A DNA stretch of 64,000 bases, taken from assembly GCA_963737945.1 (NCBI GenBank), contig CAVTUR010000016.1:128317-192316 (forward strand), read 5' to 3'. The notes under the pieces were generated by a model that ran no database searches, was not told the DNA's origin, and saw only the letters and a list, made by a program, of their open reading frames with translations. Below, in pieces: positions 10,124 to 19,825 of this stretch (positions within the stretch are counted from its first letter, which is position 1; each line of letters starts with the position of its first letter). Made by a program: the position numbers and the translations under genes. The DNA comes from Blastocatellia bacterium (GTDB lineage Bacteria; Acidobacteriota; Blastocatellia; UBA7656).

Positions 10124-11048
10124 TCAGGAGTCGTCGGGGCAAACGCGCGCAGCTCCTCGCCCCATGGTCGGGGCAGTGACGAAGGCGTCGTGCCGATCTT
10201 CCCGGTTGGGGAGTTCGGGGCAACAGGACAACGGATCAATCAAGGAGGCTGGCGCGGCAGGATTCGAAGCAGGTTCAATGTTGACGGTATGCTCGAGTAG
10301 GGACATCTGCTCTTGCGACGCTTCATCAGCAAGGGTGTGCCCGGATATCGGCGACGGCTCCGGCACCAGGTCAACGGCGATTGGATGTTCTGGTAATGGC
10401 TCCCGTTCCATCGCGGCTTCGGCCGCAGGTGTGTCTACGATGGCTGCGGCTTCTGACCGTTGAATACCCGCAAAGAGCTCTTCCAACAGAGCGAGCAGGG
10501 CCTTGACGACATATGGATCGCATTCAATGCCGGCCGATGAAGTCAGCGCTTCGATGGCCTGTTGCTCGTCTTGCGCGGCGCGATAGGGTCGGTCGCCTAG
10601 AAGCGCAGCGCACAGCTCGACCGCTCGCAGGATGCGCGCGCCTACGGGTATGTCCTCGAACGCAAGCATATCGGGATATCCCGATCCGTTCCACCACTCG
10701 TGATGCCAGCGCACCAAAAGCTGGGCCTGACGCCTGGCATCGCGTTTGGCCATCTGCTGCTCGCCGATGACCGGATGCCGCCAGAGGTCGAGGCGCTCTT
10801 CGAAGCTGAGCGCCCGTTAAAGTGAGTGATACGCCGGTGACATCACGTACAAGCCAATGTCGTGAAGCATTGCGGCTTCAGTGACTGCATCGACATCGGC
10901 GGTCGCAAGCCCGAATCTGCGGGCGAGATGCGCTGCAAGCTCGCGCCATCAGGCGAGAATGCGGCTGGGTGTATTTTTCGAAGATGTCTATCCGGTCGGC
11001 GAGCCTGTTGATGGTCTCTTCGCGGGTCTTACCCTTGGCGGTCTCCAC
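10124..11048 (-). pseudogene. HD-GYP domain phosphodiesterase, disrupted by an in-frame TAA (10817-10819) and a frameshift near 10940-10955
   Basis: HD motif (AMLHDIGLYVM) and GYP motif ([11 protein letters not shown]) lie in one reading frame separated by TAA. The segment YTQPHSRL upstream is in another frame. Putative GTG start at 11048 is preceded by AGGAGGAA. Confidence 0.55.
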
Positions 11049-11149
11049 GCTTCCTCCTGGAGTCGATCCGGCTGTAAGGTACAGGCAATCTTATGCGCGA
11101 GTCAAGGTGACCGAATTTGACCGGATTTGGATTGGCGGGTTCGCGTCAG

Positions 11150-11330
11150 GTTTTCTCACATACCCACCTCGTCAAGAGGTGGGTCTTGATGTTGCTGCCT
11201 ACAACGGGGCGCGCCTGACGCTGCATACCCACTTCTCACGAAGTGGGTATACAAAAAAGGGAGACGTTGATGCGCAGCTGATCTGCTGTACGCTGCAGCA
11301 TCACCGACCCACCTCTCAGGTGACTCCCAC
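11150..11330. promoter_or_regulatory. Three palindromes sharing an ACCCAC(C/T)TC half-site upstream of the HD-GYP gene: candidate operator sites
   Basis: ACCCACCTC-gtcaa-GAGGTGGGT (9-bp stem), TACCCACTTC-tcac-GAAGTGGGTA (10-bp stem), and a third weaker copy. Confidence 0.3.
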
Positions 11331-12107
11331 CAAGGTCAAGACAACGACGCGAGGACATAGCCGGCCTCGGCCAGGCAAACGCGCAGCGCCAAGCGCGACA
11401 ATGCTCACTTACACAACAGCCGAGGTGTGGTAAAAATTGCCTGGAGTCCCGGATGCGGAATGAAGGTTGAGCTGCAACTCACGCCGCATGGGCTTGCGAT
11501 CGCCCTATTCACCGGGGGACGCTGGCTAAAGCAGGACTCACACCATCCGTAAAGGATCCCATCAATTAAGTGGTATGCGACCGTGTGGTCCTCAGTAATA
11601 CTGAGATGGCATTCTTTGCACTCCCACGTGCGCTTAAGAATCCCTGCGACTTGTTCGAATACTCCAGCCATTTAGTGTACGAGGGTAAACGTACTTACCC
11701 ACTCCCTTCAGTTCAACAGGTGCATGCAAGTAGAGCGACCTGCCGTCGAGTAGATACATGCAAACGCCGTCGAGTTGCTCGGGTTCCATCAGTTGCCAAA
11801 AGTCCGCTGTCAAGGACTAGTTCGAGTCTTATTCGAACCCATTCCGTGTACGGTCGGGGTCAGCGCACGACCCATGACCACGCACCCTTATACCTTTTTG
11901 TCCTTCCGGTAGGTCTCAAGAGTTGATAGGATAGGAGGGCCAAAGGAGAGATGATGATCGAGACCAAGACCATACCGCCTGCGAATCTGATAAGAGAATT
12001 ACCAACTTCGACAAAGTTTGAGAGCAGGCTTTCATTCGGTGAGGAATTACAGGGAGCAAGCGACAACGCAGAGTTCTCGCATAAGGGCCAAGAAATCGGC
12101 CAAACTC

Positions 12108-12893
12108 ATGCCATTCGTCTTTATGCACGTCGCGTGTCTGGGCGTCTTTTTTGTTGACTTTAGTCTTCCGGTGGTCGTACTGTGCCTCGGTCTGTATGCT
12201 CTGCGGATGTTTGCCCTGACAGCCGGCTATCACCGCTACTTTTCGCATCGTTCATTCAAAACCAGCCGCGTCTTTCAATTCGTCTTAGGGCTTCTCGGTA
12301 CGATGGCCGTGCAAAAGGGCCCGCTGTGGTGGGCGGCACATCATCGCAGGCATCACAAGTACAGCGATCAGGAGGGCGACGTTCACTCGCCGGTTCAGGA
12401 TGGATTTTGGTGGTCGCATGTCGGCTGGATCGTAAGCCCCAAGTTTGACCCTACAGATTGGGACGCGATCAAGGATTTTTCCCGCTACCGTGAACTACGC
12501 TGGCTTAACACCTATCACCTCATTCCTCCGATCGCGCTGGCGGTGCTTCTGTTTCTGTTGGGCGGATGGCAGTGGCTGGTATGGGGCTTCTTCATAAGTA
12601 CGGTGGCTTTGTATCACGGCACTTTTTCTGTGAACTCGCTGTCACATCTCTGGGGCAGTCGAAGATATGCGACAACCGATCAGAGCCGCAACAACTTCCT
12701 TATAGCTCTGTGGACCGGTGGCGAAGGCTGGCACAACAATCATCATCATTACATGGCGTCAGTGAAGCAGGGGTTCTACTGGTGGGAAGTAGACTTCAGC
12801 TATTACATCCTGAAGATCATGTCGTGGGTTAAGCTGGTGAGCGATCTGCGCGTACCGCCGAAACACCTGCTTGCCGAGGCGCGAGTGAGTTGA
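12108..12893 (+). CDS. Membrane fatty-acid (acyl-CoA/acyl-lipid) delta-9 desaturase
   Basis: Three His boxes (HRYFSHRSF, HHRRHHKYSD, HNNHHHY). Track start at 12018 is a TTG; ATG at 12108 (MPFVFMHVAC) preferred. Confidence 0.8.
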   Translation: MPFVFMHVACLGVFFVDFSLPVVVLCLGLYALRMFALTAGYHRYFSHRSFKTSRVFQFVLGLLGTMAVQKGPLWWAAHHRRHHKYSDQEGDVHSPVQDGFWWSHVGWIVSPKFDPTDWDAIKDFSRYRELRWLNTYHLIPPIALAVLLFLLGGWQWLVWGFFISTVALYHGTFSVNSLSHLWGSRRYATTDQSRNNFLIALWTGGEGWHNNHHHYMASVKQGFYWWEVDFSYYILKIMSWVKLVSDLRVPPKHLLAEARVS

Positions 12894-13005
12894 CGCTTGA
12901 GACTGCCGTCTTCATTTCGAGATCGCGTCGAAGAGGTTCCTGGCCCGCTCCAGGTACAGTGTCTGAAGAATACCCCATATCGGTCGTTAACGCCGGTGTT
13001 CCGCG

Positions 13006-13971
13006 TTACGTTTGAGAGCTTCTTGCGCTAAGTATTGCCGATCCGATTACTCCCGCATCATCGCCCAGCGCGGCGCGTGTGATCTTTACATCGCGCGAGT
13101 TGATGTCGAACGCTATGTCGCGCGCCACCCGGTCGATGCGATCGACGAAATCATCGCCGAACGCTTCGACTAACCCGCCACCGAGCACCACCATCTCAAG
13201 ACCGAGCACATTCAACAGACTCCCCATTCCGATGCCTATGAATTTCGCCGCTCGGTGAATAATCCTCTCTACGAGCTGATCGCCACGGTCATAAGCGGCT
13301 TTCAGGTCCTTGCCGGAGAGCTGATCGGTTTCCTTGCCTAGGGCTTTCGACGCCGCACCCCGGTAACCAAGCTTCATCGCCTTTCGAATGTCGCGAGTGA
13401 TCGCTGAGCGGCTGGCTACGGCTTCAAGGCATCCGCGGTTGCCGCAGCCGCAGCGCGGACCGCCAGCCTTCACTACGATATGTCCTACCTCACCGCCACC
13501 CTTGCTGAAGCCGCGATACAGCGCGCCGTTTAGAATCAATCCGCCGCCGATCCCGGTGCCGACAAACACACCCAGGACGTCGGCTGCACCGCGTGCCGCG
13601 CCGGCGCGAAACTCACCGTACGTTCCGGCGTTCACATCGTTCTCAACTATCGCCGGCCGGCCGAACTCTTCAGCGACTCGAGGACCAAGTGGAAAGTTCT
13701 TGAATCTCAGATTCGCGGTTTCGATTATGGTGCCTGTGTCGAAGTCGATAGGACCGGGAGCGCCGATGCCAACCGCTGCAAGGTGATCCTGATCTACGCC
13801 GGCTTTTTCGAGAGCCCGGTGGCCGGTCTGGGTTATGGTGTGGAAAACGTCTTCATCATCTCGCCACCCTCTGGTCTTTGCACGCGCGCGCGCGACGATC
13901 TTTCCATCACGGTCCATCACCGCGGCCAACACTTTGGTTCCGCCAAGATCTATTCCCAAAATATGTGGTTT
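13006..13971 (-). CDS. ROK family sugar kinase (glucokinase-like)
   Basis: ILGIDLGGTKV ATP-binding motif; ROK zinc motif CGCGNRGCLE. Confidence 0.8.
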   Translation of the reverse strand, partial: KPHILGIDLGGTKVLAAVMDRDGKIVARARAKTRGWRDDEDVFHTITQTGHRALEKAGVDQDHLAAVGIGAPGPIDFDTGTIIETANLRFKNFPLGPRVAEEFGRPAIVENDVNAGTYGEFRAGAARGAADVLGVFVGTGIGGGLILNGALYRGFSKGGGEVGHIVVKAGGPRCGCGNRGCLEAVASRSAITRDIRKAMKLGYRGAASKALGKETDQLSGKDLKAAYDRGDQLVERIIHRAAKFIGIGMGSLLNVLGLEMVVLGGGLVEAFGDDFVDRIDRVARDIAFDINSRDVKITRAALGDDAGVIGSAILSARSSQT

Positions 13972-14180
13972 CATTCTTGTTGGATTAGACCACAAAATCG
14001 CATCCGGGTCGATTTCCCTCGGCGTCCCACGGACCTTCAGTCAGTCAACCCCGACAAATCAGCAGATCCTATCGGCACGCTGCGGTTCGCGTGTCGCTAC
14101 CAGTACAATCGTGTGAGAAGGATAACTACCGATATCGACCGTGCGCCAGATAGATCCGCGCATCTGTTAAAAGCGGTGAT

Positions 14181-15200
14181 TCAGGTGCGGCTGAACGCAA
14201 GCTTCAAATGATCCACGGACGTATTGCCGCCCGAACAAACCAGCCCTATCTTTTTCCCAGCCAGTTCTTCCCGCATGCGGTACGCAGCGGCCAAAGGAGC
14301 GGCCCCGGCGGCTTCGGTCAGCGAGTGCGCGCGCTCAATCATCCACACCATCGCGCGCAATATCTCTTCGTCGCTTACGAGCACGAATTCCTTCAGACGC
14401 TCCCACAGAATCGCCTGGGGCAGAGCGAATGCCGACCCGGTCGCCAGGCCTTCCGCCAGAGTCTTATTGGGCGCTTCGACGAGTCGTTTCGCCAGCCACG
14501 ATTCATACGCTGCCGGCGACGATTCCGACTGCACGCCGATGACTCGAACCTTTGGGTCAATTGCGTTCGCGGCGATGCTTACGCCGGCGGCGCCGCTTCC
14601 TCCGCCGACCGGAACGATAATCACCCCGAGTCCCGGTTCGTCTTCGAGCATCTCCAACGCTTCGGTCGCAACGCCGGCAATCAACAACGGCTCATCGCCA
14701 GAGTGAACGTAGCGATATCCGAAATCACGAGCCAGCGCTTCGCACTGAATACGCGCATCATCGAATCGCTGGCCGTGGTGGATCACCTCGGCGCCCATCC
14801 CGCGCATCGCCGCGACCTTTCCAGGGTTGGCACCTTCGGGAACGACGATTCGAGCCTTGACGCCGAATAACCTCGCGGCATACGACACCGATTGGCCGTG
14901 ATTGCCGGTTGAAGCGGCGATCACCCCGCGCTCTCGCTCTTCCGCACTGAGCTGAGAGATCAGATTGATGCCGCCGCGCACTTTGAACGCGCCGACCGGT
15001 TGATAGTTTTCGTGCTTGATAAAGACCTCGGCGCCGATCAGTTCATTGATCGCGGGATATGAATGCATCGGAGTGGGTCTAAGATATGGGCGGATCTGCC
15101 TCCGCGCCATCAATACATCGTGAAAGTCAGGACCGGTCACTGTTCGAACCAACCTTTCGTTGTAAACTGCTCCGCGTCGCCGCGTGTCAGCCAATATCAT
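14181..15200 (-). CDS. PLP-dependent threonine/serine dehydratase (threonine ammonia-lyase-like)
   Basis: PLP lysine context (FKVRGG) and glycine-rich loop (STGNHGQ); start could be the internal Met at 15110. Confidence 0.75.
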   Translation of the reverse strand: MILADTRRRGAVYNERLVRTVTGPDFHDVLMARRQIRPYLRPTPMHSYPAINELIGAEVFIKHENYQPVGAFKVRGGINLISQLSAEERERGVIAASTGNHGQSVSYAARLFGVKARIVVPEGANPGKVAAMRGMGAEVIHHGQRFDDARIQCEALARDFGYRYVHSGDEPLLIAGVATEALEMLEDEPGLGVIIVPVGGGSGAAGVSIAANAIDPKVRVIGVQSESSPAAYESWLAKRLVEAPNKTLAEGLATGSAFALPQAILWERLKEFVLVSDEEILRAMVWMIERAHSLTEAAGAAPLAAAYRMREELAGKKIGLVCSGGNTSVDHLKLAFSRT

Positions 15201-15525
15201 ATCTTGGTTCGGCTTGAGTCAAGCTCAGGTTCTAACCGCGGAGGACGCAGGCAAACCCCGATGCTCCACTGCGTACCTCGGGGCCCTCTGCGGCTGACAG
15301 TCGCCAGCGCTCCGACGGTGCCTTTGCCTCACAGCCAAAACATAACTTAAGATCTCGACGCACTCGCATTGTCGTTTCTTATGAAGCTCGCAACCCACAG
15401 GTTTGCATTTAGACGTTGGCTTTGCAGGACTCTGGCTACTGACCAACGAATGACCCTCAGGGCCAAGATCATTCTTGGCTCGTTGATCTTCGCGATCTCT
15501 TTTTCAGTAAAGTCGCTGCAGGCGG

Positions 15526-16917
15526 TTGACCTCGAGCCGGTCATGCATACCTCTGAGCAGCCCGGCGCAGGGATGTCCAGCGACTTTGATTCCCGTGCGG
15601 TTTCGATTGTCGCAGGACATGGCATTCTGCATTCCCGACAGCCTGGATCCGTCTGACACAGCCATTCTCTCTCACGCACCCTTTTACTCAATATTCCTGA
15701 GCGCCATCTACACGGTAAAAGCCAGAAGCTATTTTACGGTTCAGCTGGTTCAGAATTTGATCAACTCGGTTTCCCCTATCCTGCTGTTTTTGATCGCAGG
15801 AAATCTAATAAGTTGGCGAGTCGGGATTGCTTCGGGTTTGCTCGCCGGTGGTTCACATCATCTGGCCTATTACTCGAACCTCATTCTTAGCGATTCGCTC
15901 TGCGCTCTTCCTATCTTGATCGCCGTATATCTGCTTGTTAGAACGGGCTTCCGGCGCCGCGGTTCATCGTGGCTCTACGCGTTTGCAGGGCTGATGATCG
16001 GAGCATCCGCGTGGATCAGGCCGAACTCGATGTTGTTGGGAATGTTTTGCGCCTTGGTGCTGGTGGTACTGGCAGGTGGGCGAGAGCGGATTGCACTCAA
16101 AGCGATCGTCCTTGTATCAGTATCCCTTCTCACCATTGCGCCGATCACCATCCGCAACTACATCGTGTATCGAGAGTTTGTCCCGATACAAGTCGGCGTG
16201 GGTTTGAATCTCTGGGAAGGGCTGGGCGATGCAAGCGGTGGCCGGTTTGGCGCAAGGACCGATGACGAAGTGATACTCGAGGAGATCGAGAGGTATGACA
16301 ACCCGCGGTACGGTGATTCGTGGGCATCACCCGACGGCATCAAGCGGGACCGCGATAGAGTTCGAAGGAGCCTGGAGATAATCGCCGCGCATCCGGTTTG
16401 GTACATTGGAGCGATGTTTCGCCGAATGGCCGGAATGGTCAAAGACACTGCAGATGCGCCGCTCGTTTTTAGAAGCACCGATACGAAACTGAAGGATGCT
16501 CTGACAATATCCAGAGAGAACAAGACCGGGCGAGAGATGAACCAGCGGAACGATCTTCACATTGAAACGATTGACCGGTCTGCTCTCACGATAGGCAAAC
16601 ATATTTCCTGGATGCGTCCGGTGGCCAGGGCATTTCAACGAATCACAAAGGAAACAGGTCTGTCGTTCATTCTGTTGGGGCTCGCGGTTCTGACGATCGC
16701 GAGCCGGCGCAGGGCGTTAGTGATCCTCATTGTTCCGCTCTATTACTTCCTGTTCCAGTCAGTGATGCATACGGAATTCCGCTACACCCTCGCGATGAGA
16801 TATTTCTTATTCGTCTTTGCTGCAATTGTGTGGACGTTGTTGCTCACCGTCGCTGTGATTGGGTTGCGAAAAGGCGCTAACCGGATCATAAGGCTTAGAG
16901 CGGCGCAGGCCGGTTGA
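15526..16917 (+). CDS. ArnT/PMT-like (GT39/GT83-type) polytopic membrane glycosyltransferase; N-terminus may continue in another frame (ORF 15369..15656)
   Basis: Multi-TM protein with a periplasmic loop-type motif near the N-terminus and ArnT-like topology; paired with a polyprenol-phosphate GT2 immediately downstream. Confidence 0.55.
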   Translation: MTSSRSCIPLSSPAQGCPATLIPVRFRLSQDMAFCIPDSLDPSDTAILSHAPFYSIFLSAIYTVKARSYFTVQLVQNLINSVSPILLFLIAGNLISWRVGIASGLLAGGSHHLAYYSNLILSDSLCALPILIAVYLLVRTGFRRRGSSWLYAFAGLMIGASAWIRPNSMLLGMFCALVLVVLAGGRERIALKAIVLVSVSLLTIAPITIRNYIVYREFVPIQVGVGLNLWEGLGDASGGRFGARTDDEVILEEIERYDNPRYGDSWASPDGIKRDRDRVRRSLEIIAAHPVWYIGAMFRRMAGMVKDTADAPLVFRSTDTKLKDALTISRENKTGREMNQRNDLHIETIDRSALTIGKHISWMRPVARAFQRITKETGLSFILLGLAVLTIASRRRALVILIVPLYYFLFQSVMHTEFRYTLAMRYFLFVFAAIVWTLLLTVAVIGLRKGANRIIRLRAAQAG

Positions 16918-17088
16918 CTGAATGGAAGTCCCGCCGGCGGCCCATTTCGTTGCCTGAACAAACTTTCGGATCGGAAGGAGTGGCAGGCGCGGTGGGAAAC
17001 CCGCGGCGGTGTCGCTAACCTCTGTTGACTTTCGCGGAAGGCGGCTATTATTCTCGCTCTTTCTCAAGTCCGATCCGGCGGGTCCTCA

Positions 17089-17850
17089 ATGAAGCTTTCA
17101 GTCGTTATCCCCGTCTACAACGAGGCGGCGACAGTCGCCGAGTTGATCAGCCGTGTTCAAGCCGTAGACGTTCCTAAAGAAATAATAGTAGTCGACGACG
17201 GATCGACCGACGGCACCCGCGACGTGCTCGAGGACCTGAAAGGCCGCTTCGAGAACATGCAGATACTCCTGCAGCCCCGCAATCGCGGGAAGGGCGCGGC
17301 GCTGCGGCTCGGGTTCGAACGAGCGACCGGCGACTACGTGTTGGTCCAGGACGCCGACCTCGAATACGATCCAGTCGAGTATCCCGTGCTTCTGAAGCCG
17401 CTTATCGAAGACAAGGCCGACGTCGTTTACGGCTCGCGCTTTCTCACCACCAAACAGCATCGGGTGTTGTTCTTCTGGCATTCGGTCGGCAACCGGCTGC
17501 TCACGCTGATATCGAACATGTTCACCAACTTGAACCTGAGCGATATGGAGACCGGTTTTAAGGTCTTCAGACGCGAAGTGATTCAATCAATCAGGCTCGA
17601 GCAAAACCGTTTCGGATTCGAGCCGGAGGTCACCGTCAAGATCTCTCGAATGAATCTGCGTATATACGAGGTCGGCATCTCGTACTACGGGCGCACCTAC
17701 GAGGAAGGAAAGAAGATCGGCTGGAAGGATGGTGTAAAAGCGCTATGGTGCATAGTGAAGTACTCAATCAAGACTCGTCGCTCCGCCTACCAGCCTACTC
17801 CACAAACCTCTGCCAAGGGCTCTTCAGGCGATCTACTGGATAGCGTTTAG
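17089..17850 (+). CDS. Family 2 glycosyltransferase (polyprenol-monophosphate sugar synthase, DPM1/ArnC/GtrB-like)
   Basis: [12 protein letters not shown]...DDGSTDGT...QDADLEYDP. Confidence 0.85.
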   Translation: MKLSVVIPVYNEAATVAELISRVQAVDVPKEIIVVDDGSTDGTRDVLEDLKGRFENMQILLQPRNRGKGAALRLGFERATGDYVLVQDADLEYDPVEYPVLLKPLIEDKADVVYGSRFLTTKQHRVLFFWHSVGNRLLTLISNMFTNLNLSDMETGFKVFRREVIQSIRLEQNRFGFEPEVTVKISRMNLRIYEVGISYYGRTYEEGKKIGWKDGVKALWCIVKYSIKTRRSAYQPTPQTSAKGSSGDLLDSV

Positions 17851-17877
17851 TCCGAATCGTGAGACTAATGGTATTGC

Positions 17878-18066
17878 TCATCGATTCTCGAATCGGTACA
17901 GGTGGAAATAGCCGGTAGCATACATTCGCTGGAGCTGCTCAACCACGCGACGTCGAATTTTACGGCGCACACTTTGAAACAGGTCTTCGGCTACCAAACC
18001 AGTATCCAGCTTCACAGCTTTGTAGCTGGCAATCTGCCCATCCTCATTTAGAAACTTCAGCGCCAT
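17878..18066 (-). CDS. Hypothetical small protein (62 aa)
   Basis: Only ORF in the gap, starting MALKFLNEDGQI...; no recognisable domain. Confidence 0.2.
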   Translation of the reverse strand: MALKFLNEDGQIASYKAVKLDTGLVAEDLFQSVRRKIRRRVVEQLQRMYATGYFHLYRFENR

Positions 18067-18181
18067 AGGTGGACCTCTACCCGATCTGATCGTTGCCCTC
18101 GTTTGAAGAACGCTTGCCTGGCAAGATCTTGCCGCGAGAATGGCAATGCGAATCTTCGCCGATTTGGATAAACTTAAGGCC

Positions 18182-19525
18182 ATGTTACATCGCAGGGGCT
18201 TTCTTATGGGACTGAGCATTGCACTGGCGATCGCGAATGCCAGTGGAGCGCAAACGCAGCCCCGATCGGCAGCGCCGGTGGGTGGGGACGCTGCCGCGCA
18301 AGTTGTCTCTCACCCGGCTCCGCTACTGGGAGCGGACATGTCATTCGCGGGGACGCCATCGCAGTTGATCGACGGATGGCTCGACAACAAAGCAGGCGCT
18401 GACATGGCGGCTGCATTCAGCGGAGCCGGCGTGAAGAGCCTGCGGTTCTCGTCTCATGGGCTTTATTCGCCGAGCGGGCCTGAAGCTACTGCTCGCATAA
18501 AAGCCGAGAACAAGCTAACCAATGTTTACGAGTGGTTTCCGCTGGACGCTTATGCCGACTTCCTCGTGTTGCACGAGTTCACCACGATCGTTGGCATTAA
18601 CGTTGAAGAAGGCCCGGATGTCGCGCGCGATGCGATTCAAAAGTTCATCGATCGCGGATTGAAATCCAGGATCGTCGCGATCGAGCTGTCGAATGAACCG
18701 TGGTTGAATTACCGGCCATGGCTGCCCGAGGACTATGCTGAACGCGCCGCCGACGTAATCGAAGGACTGACGCAGCTTGGGGTGCCGTTCGCTTTGCCGT
18801 TGACTGTCGGCCGAGAGAATAAGACTCCAACGAAGCTCTCAGACAACGAATGGGTAACGCGAATGCTTCGCGCGCTGTCGACTCGCGTCCACTTGAAACA
18901 ACGTTCTGACATCTATGGTGTGCTGCACCTCTATTCGAGAGGAGTGCGAGCGGGCACCGTCGACGCTTTCAACAGGGTAGTGAAACCCTTCGCTCCGAAG
19001 ATGCGCTACCTGGTCACTGAGTTCAACATTCGCCACAGCCTCGAAGGCAATCCCCATCTGACCAACGCCTATGCGATGGAATTCGCGCTCAAGGTCGCAG
19101 ACGTGATGAGCCGCCCGGAAATTGCAGCGATGTACACGCATTCGGTGCCTTTTCACTCGATACTATACTGGTCGAACGGTCGAAAGTACGCGACCGTTGT
19201 CGGCGGCCGCGACGAGAAGCTCACAGGCGAAATGATGTCACACGGCTGGCATATCACACCGACCGGAAAGGTTTACGACCTGTACTCCCGTCTGGCCTGG
19301 AATGGTGACGTATTCGGTTATCACCGGGGCGGCCGCCAGAGCTACTGGGCGGTCAAAGCGAGCGACGGGCGGGTGGTTGTGACTCTCATAAACGACAGCA
19401 ACAAACCGACGAGAATGAAGGCCAACATTGCGGGTCGCGAGATGACTCTGGTCGGGGCGCCAAGATCAATCACCTGCCTGGACTTGAACGGGAAAGAACT
19501 CGAGCGCCTTGATTTGGCCTACTAG
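18182..19525 (+). CDS. Secreted clan GH-A glycoside hydrolase (Tat-type signal)
   Basis: Signal MLHRRGFLMGLSIALAIANASGAQ with twin-Arg; catalytic acid context ELSNEPW and nucleophile context VTEFNI typical of GH5/30/39-like TIM barrels. Confidence 0.7.
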   Translation: MLHRRGFLMGLSIALAIANASGAQTQPRSAAPVGGDAAAQVVSHPAPLLGADMSFAGTPSQLIDGWLDNKAGADMAAAFSGAGVKSLRFSSHGLYSPSGPEATARIKAENKLTNVYEWFPLDAYADFLVLHEFTTIVGINVEEGPDVARDAIQKFIDRGLKSRIVAIELSNEPWLNYRPWLPEDYAERAADVIEGLTQLGVPFALPLTVGRENKTPTKLSDNEWVTRMLRALSTRVHLKQRSDIYGVLHLYSRGVRAGTVDAFNRVVKPFAPKMRYLVTEFNIRHSLEGNPHLTNAYAMEFALKVADVMSRPEIAAMYTHSVPFHSILYWSNGRKYATVVGGRDEKLTGEMMSHGWHITPTGKVYDLYSRLAWNGDVFGYHRGGRQSYWAVKASDGRVVVTLINDSNKPTRMKANIAGREMTLVGAPRSITCLDLNGKELERLDLAY

Positions 19526-19825
19526 GACGCAGAGGCAAGGGCATCGGAGCCTCGCGGTGGAAGAGCGGGGCCTCCGCCTGGTGCTTGCGGTTTCTTTCGC
19601 CGTATCCCTTCGCAGCTCAGTTCACCTTCTCCTTTTTCGGCACTCTCCCCGCCGCTTTTCGCAACTTGCCTTGTCACCTTCGCGCGGGGTCTGCAAAAAT
19701 GCAGGCGAAGCCGCTTGGAACTTTTGGCCTCGCGCGTCGTGTCAATGCGTGTGCCCGTTGATCGCGGCAGGTAAACCCGACCTTCGAGCGCTTCACATTC
19801 TCGGATCGCAACTGACTCAAACAGG

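Noticed and set aside
11430-11900. Suspected tmRNA, RNase P RNA or SRP RNA in the low-GC noncoding stretch
   Set aside because: No tag-peptide reading frame (ANDENYALAA-like), no GGUUCGAAUCC T-arm ending in CCA, no RNase P P4 consensus (AGGAAAGUCCGGGCUCC) and no SRP domain IV motif could be found by eye; left as an unexplained region instead.
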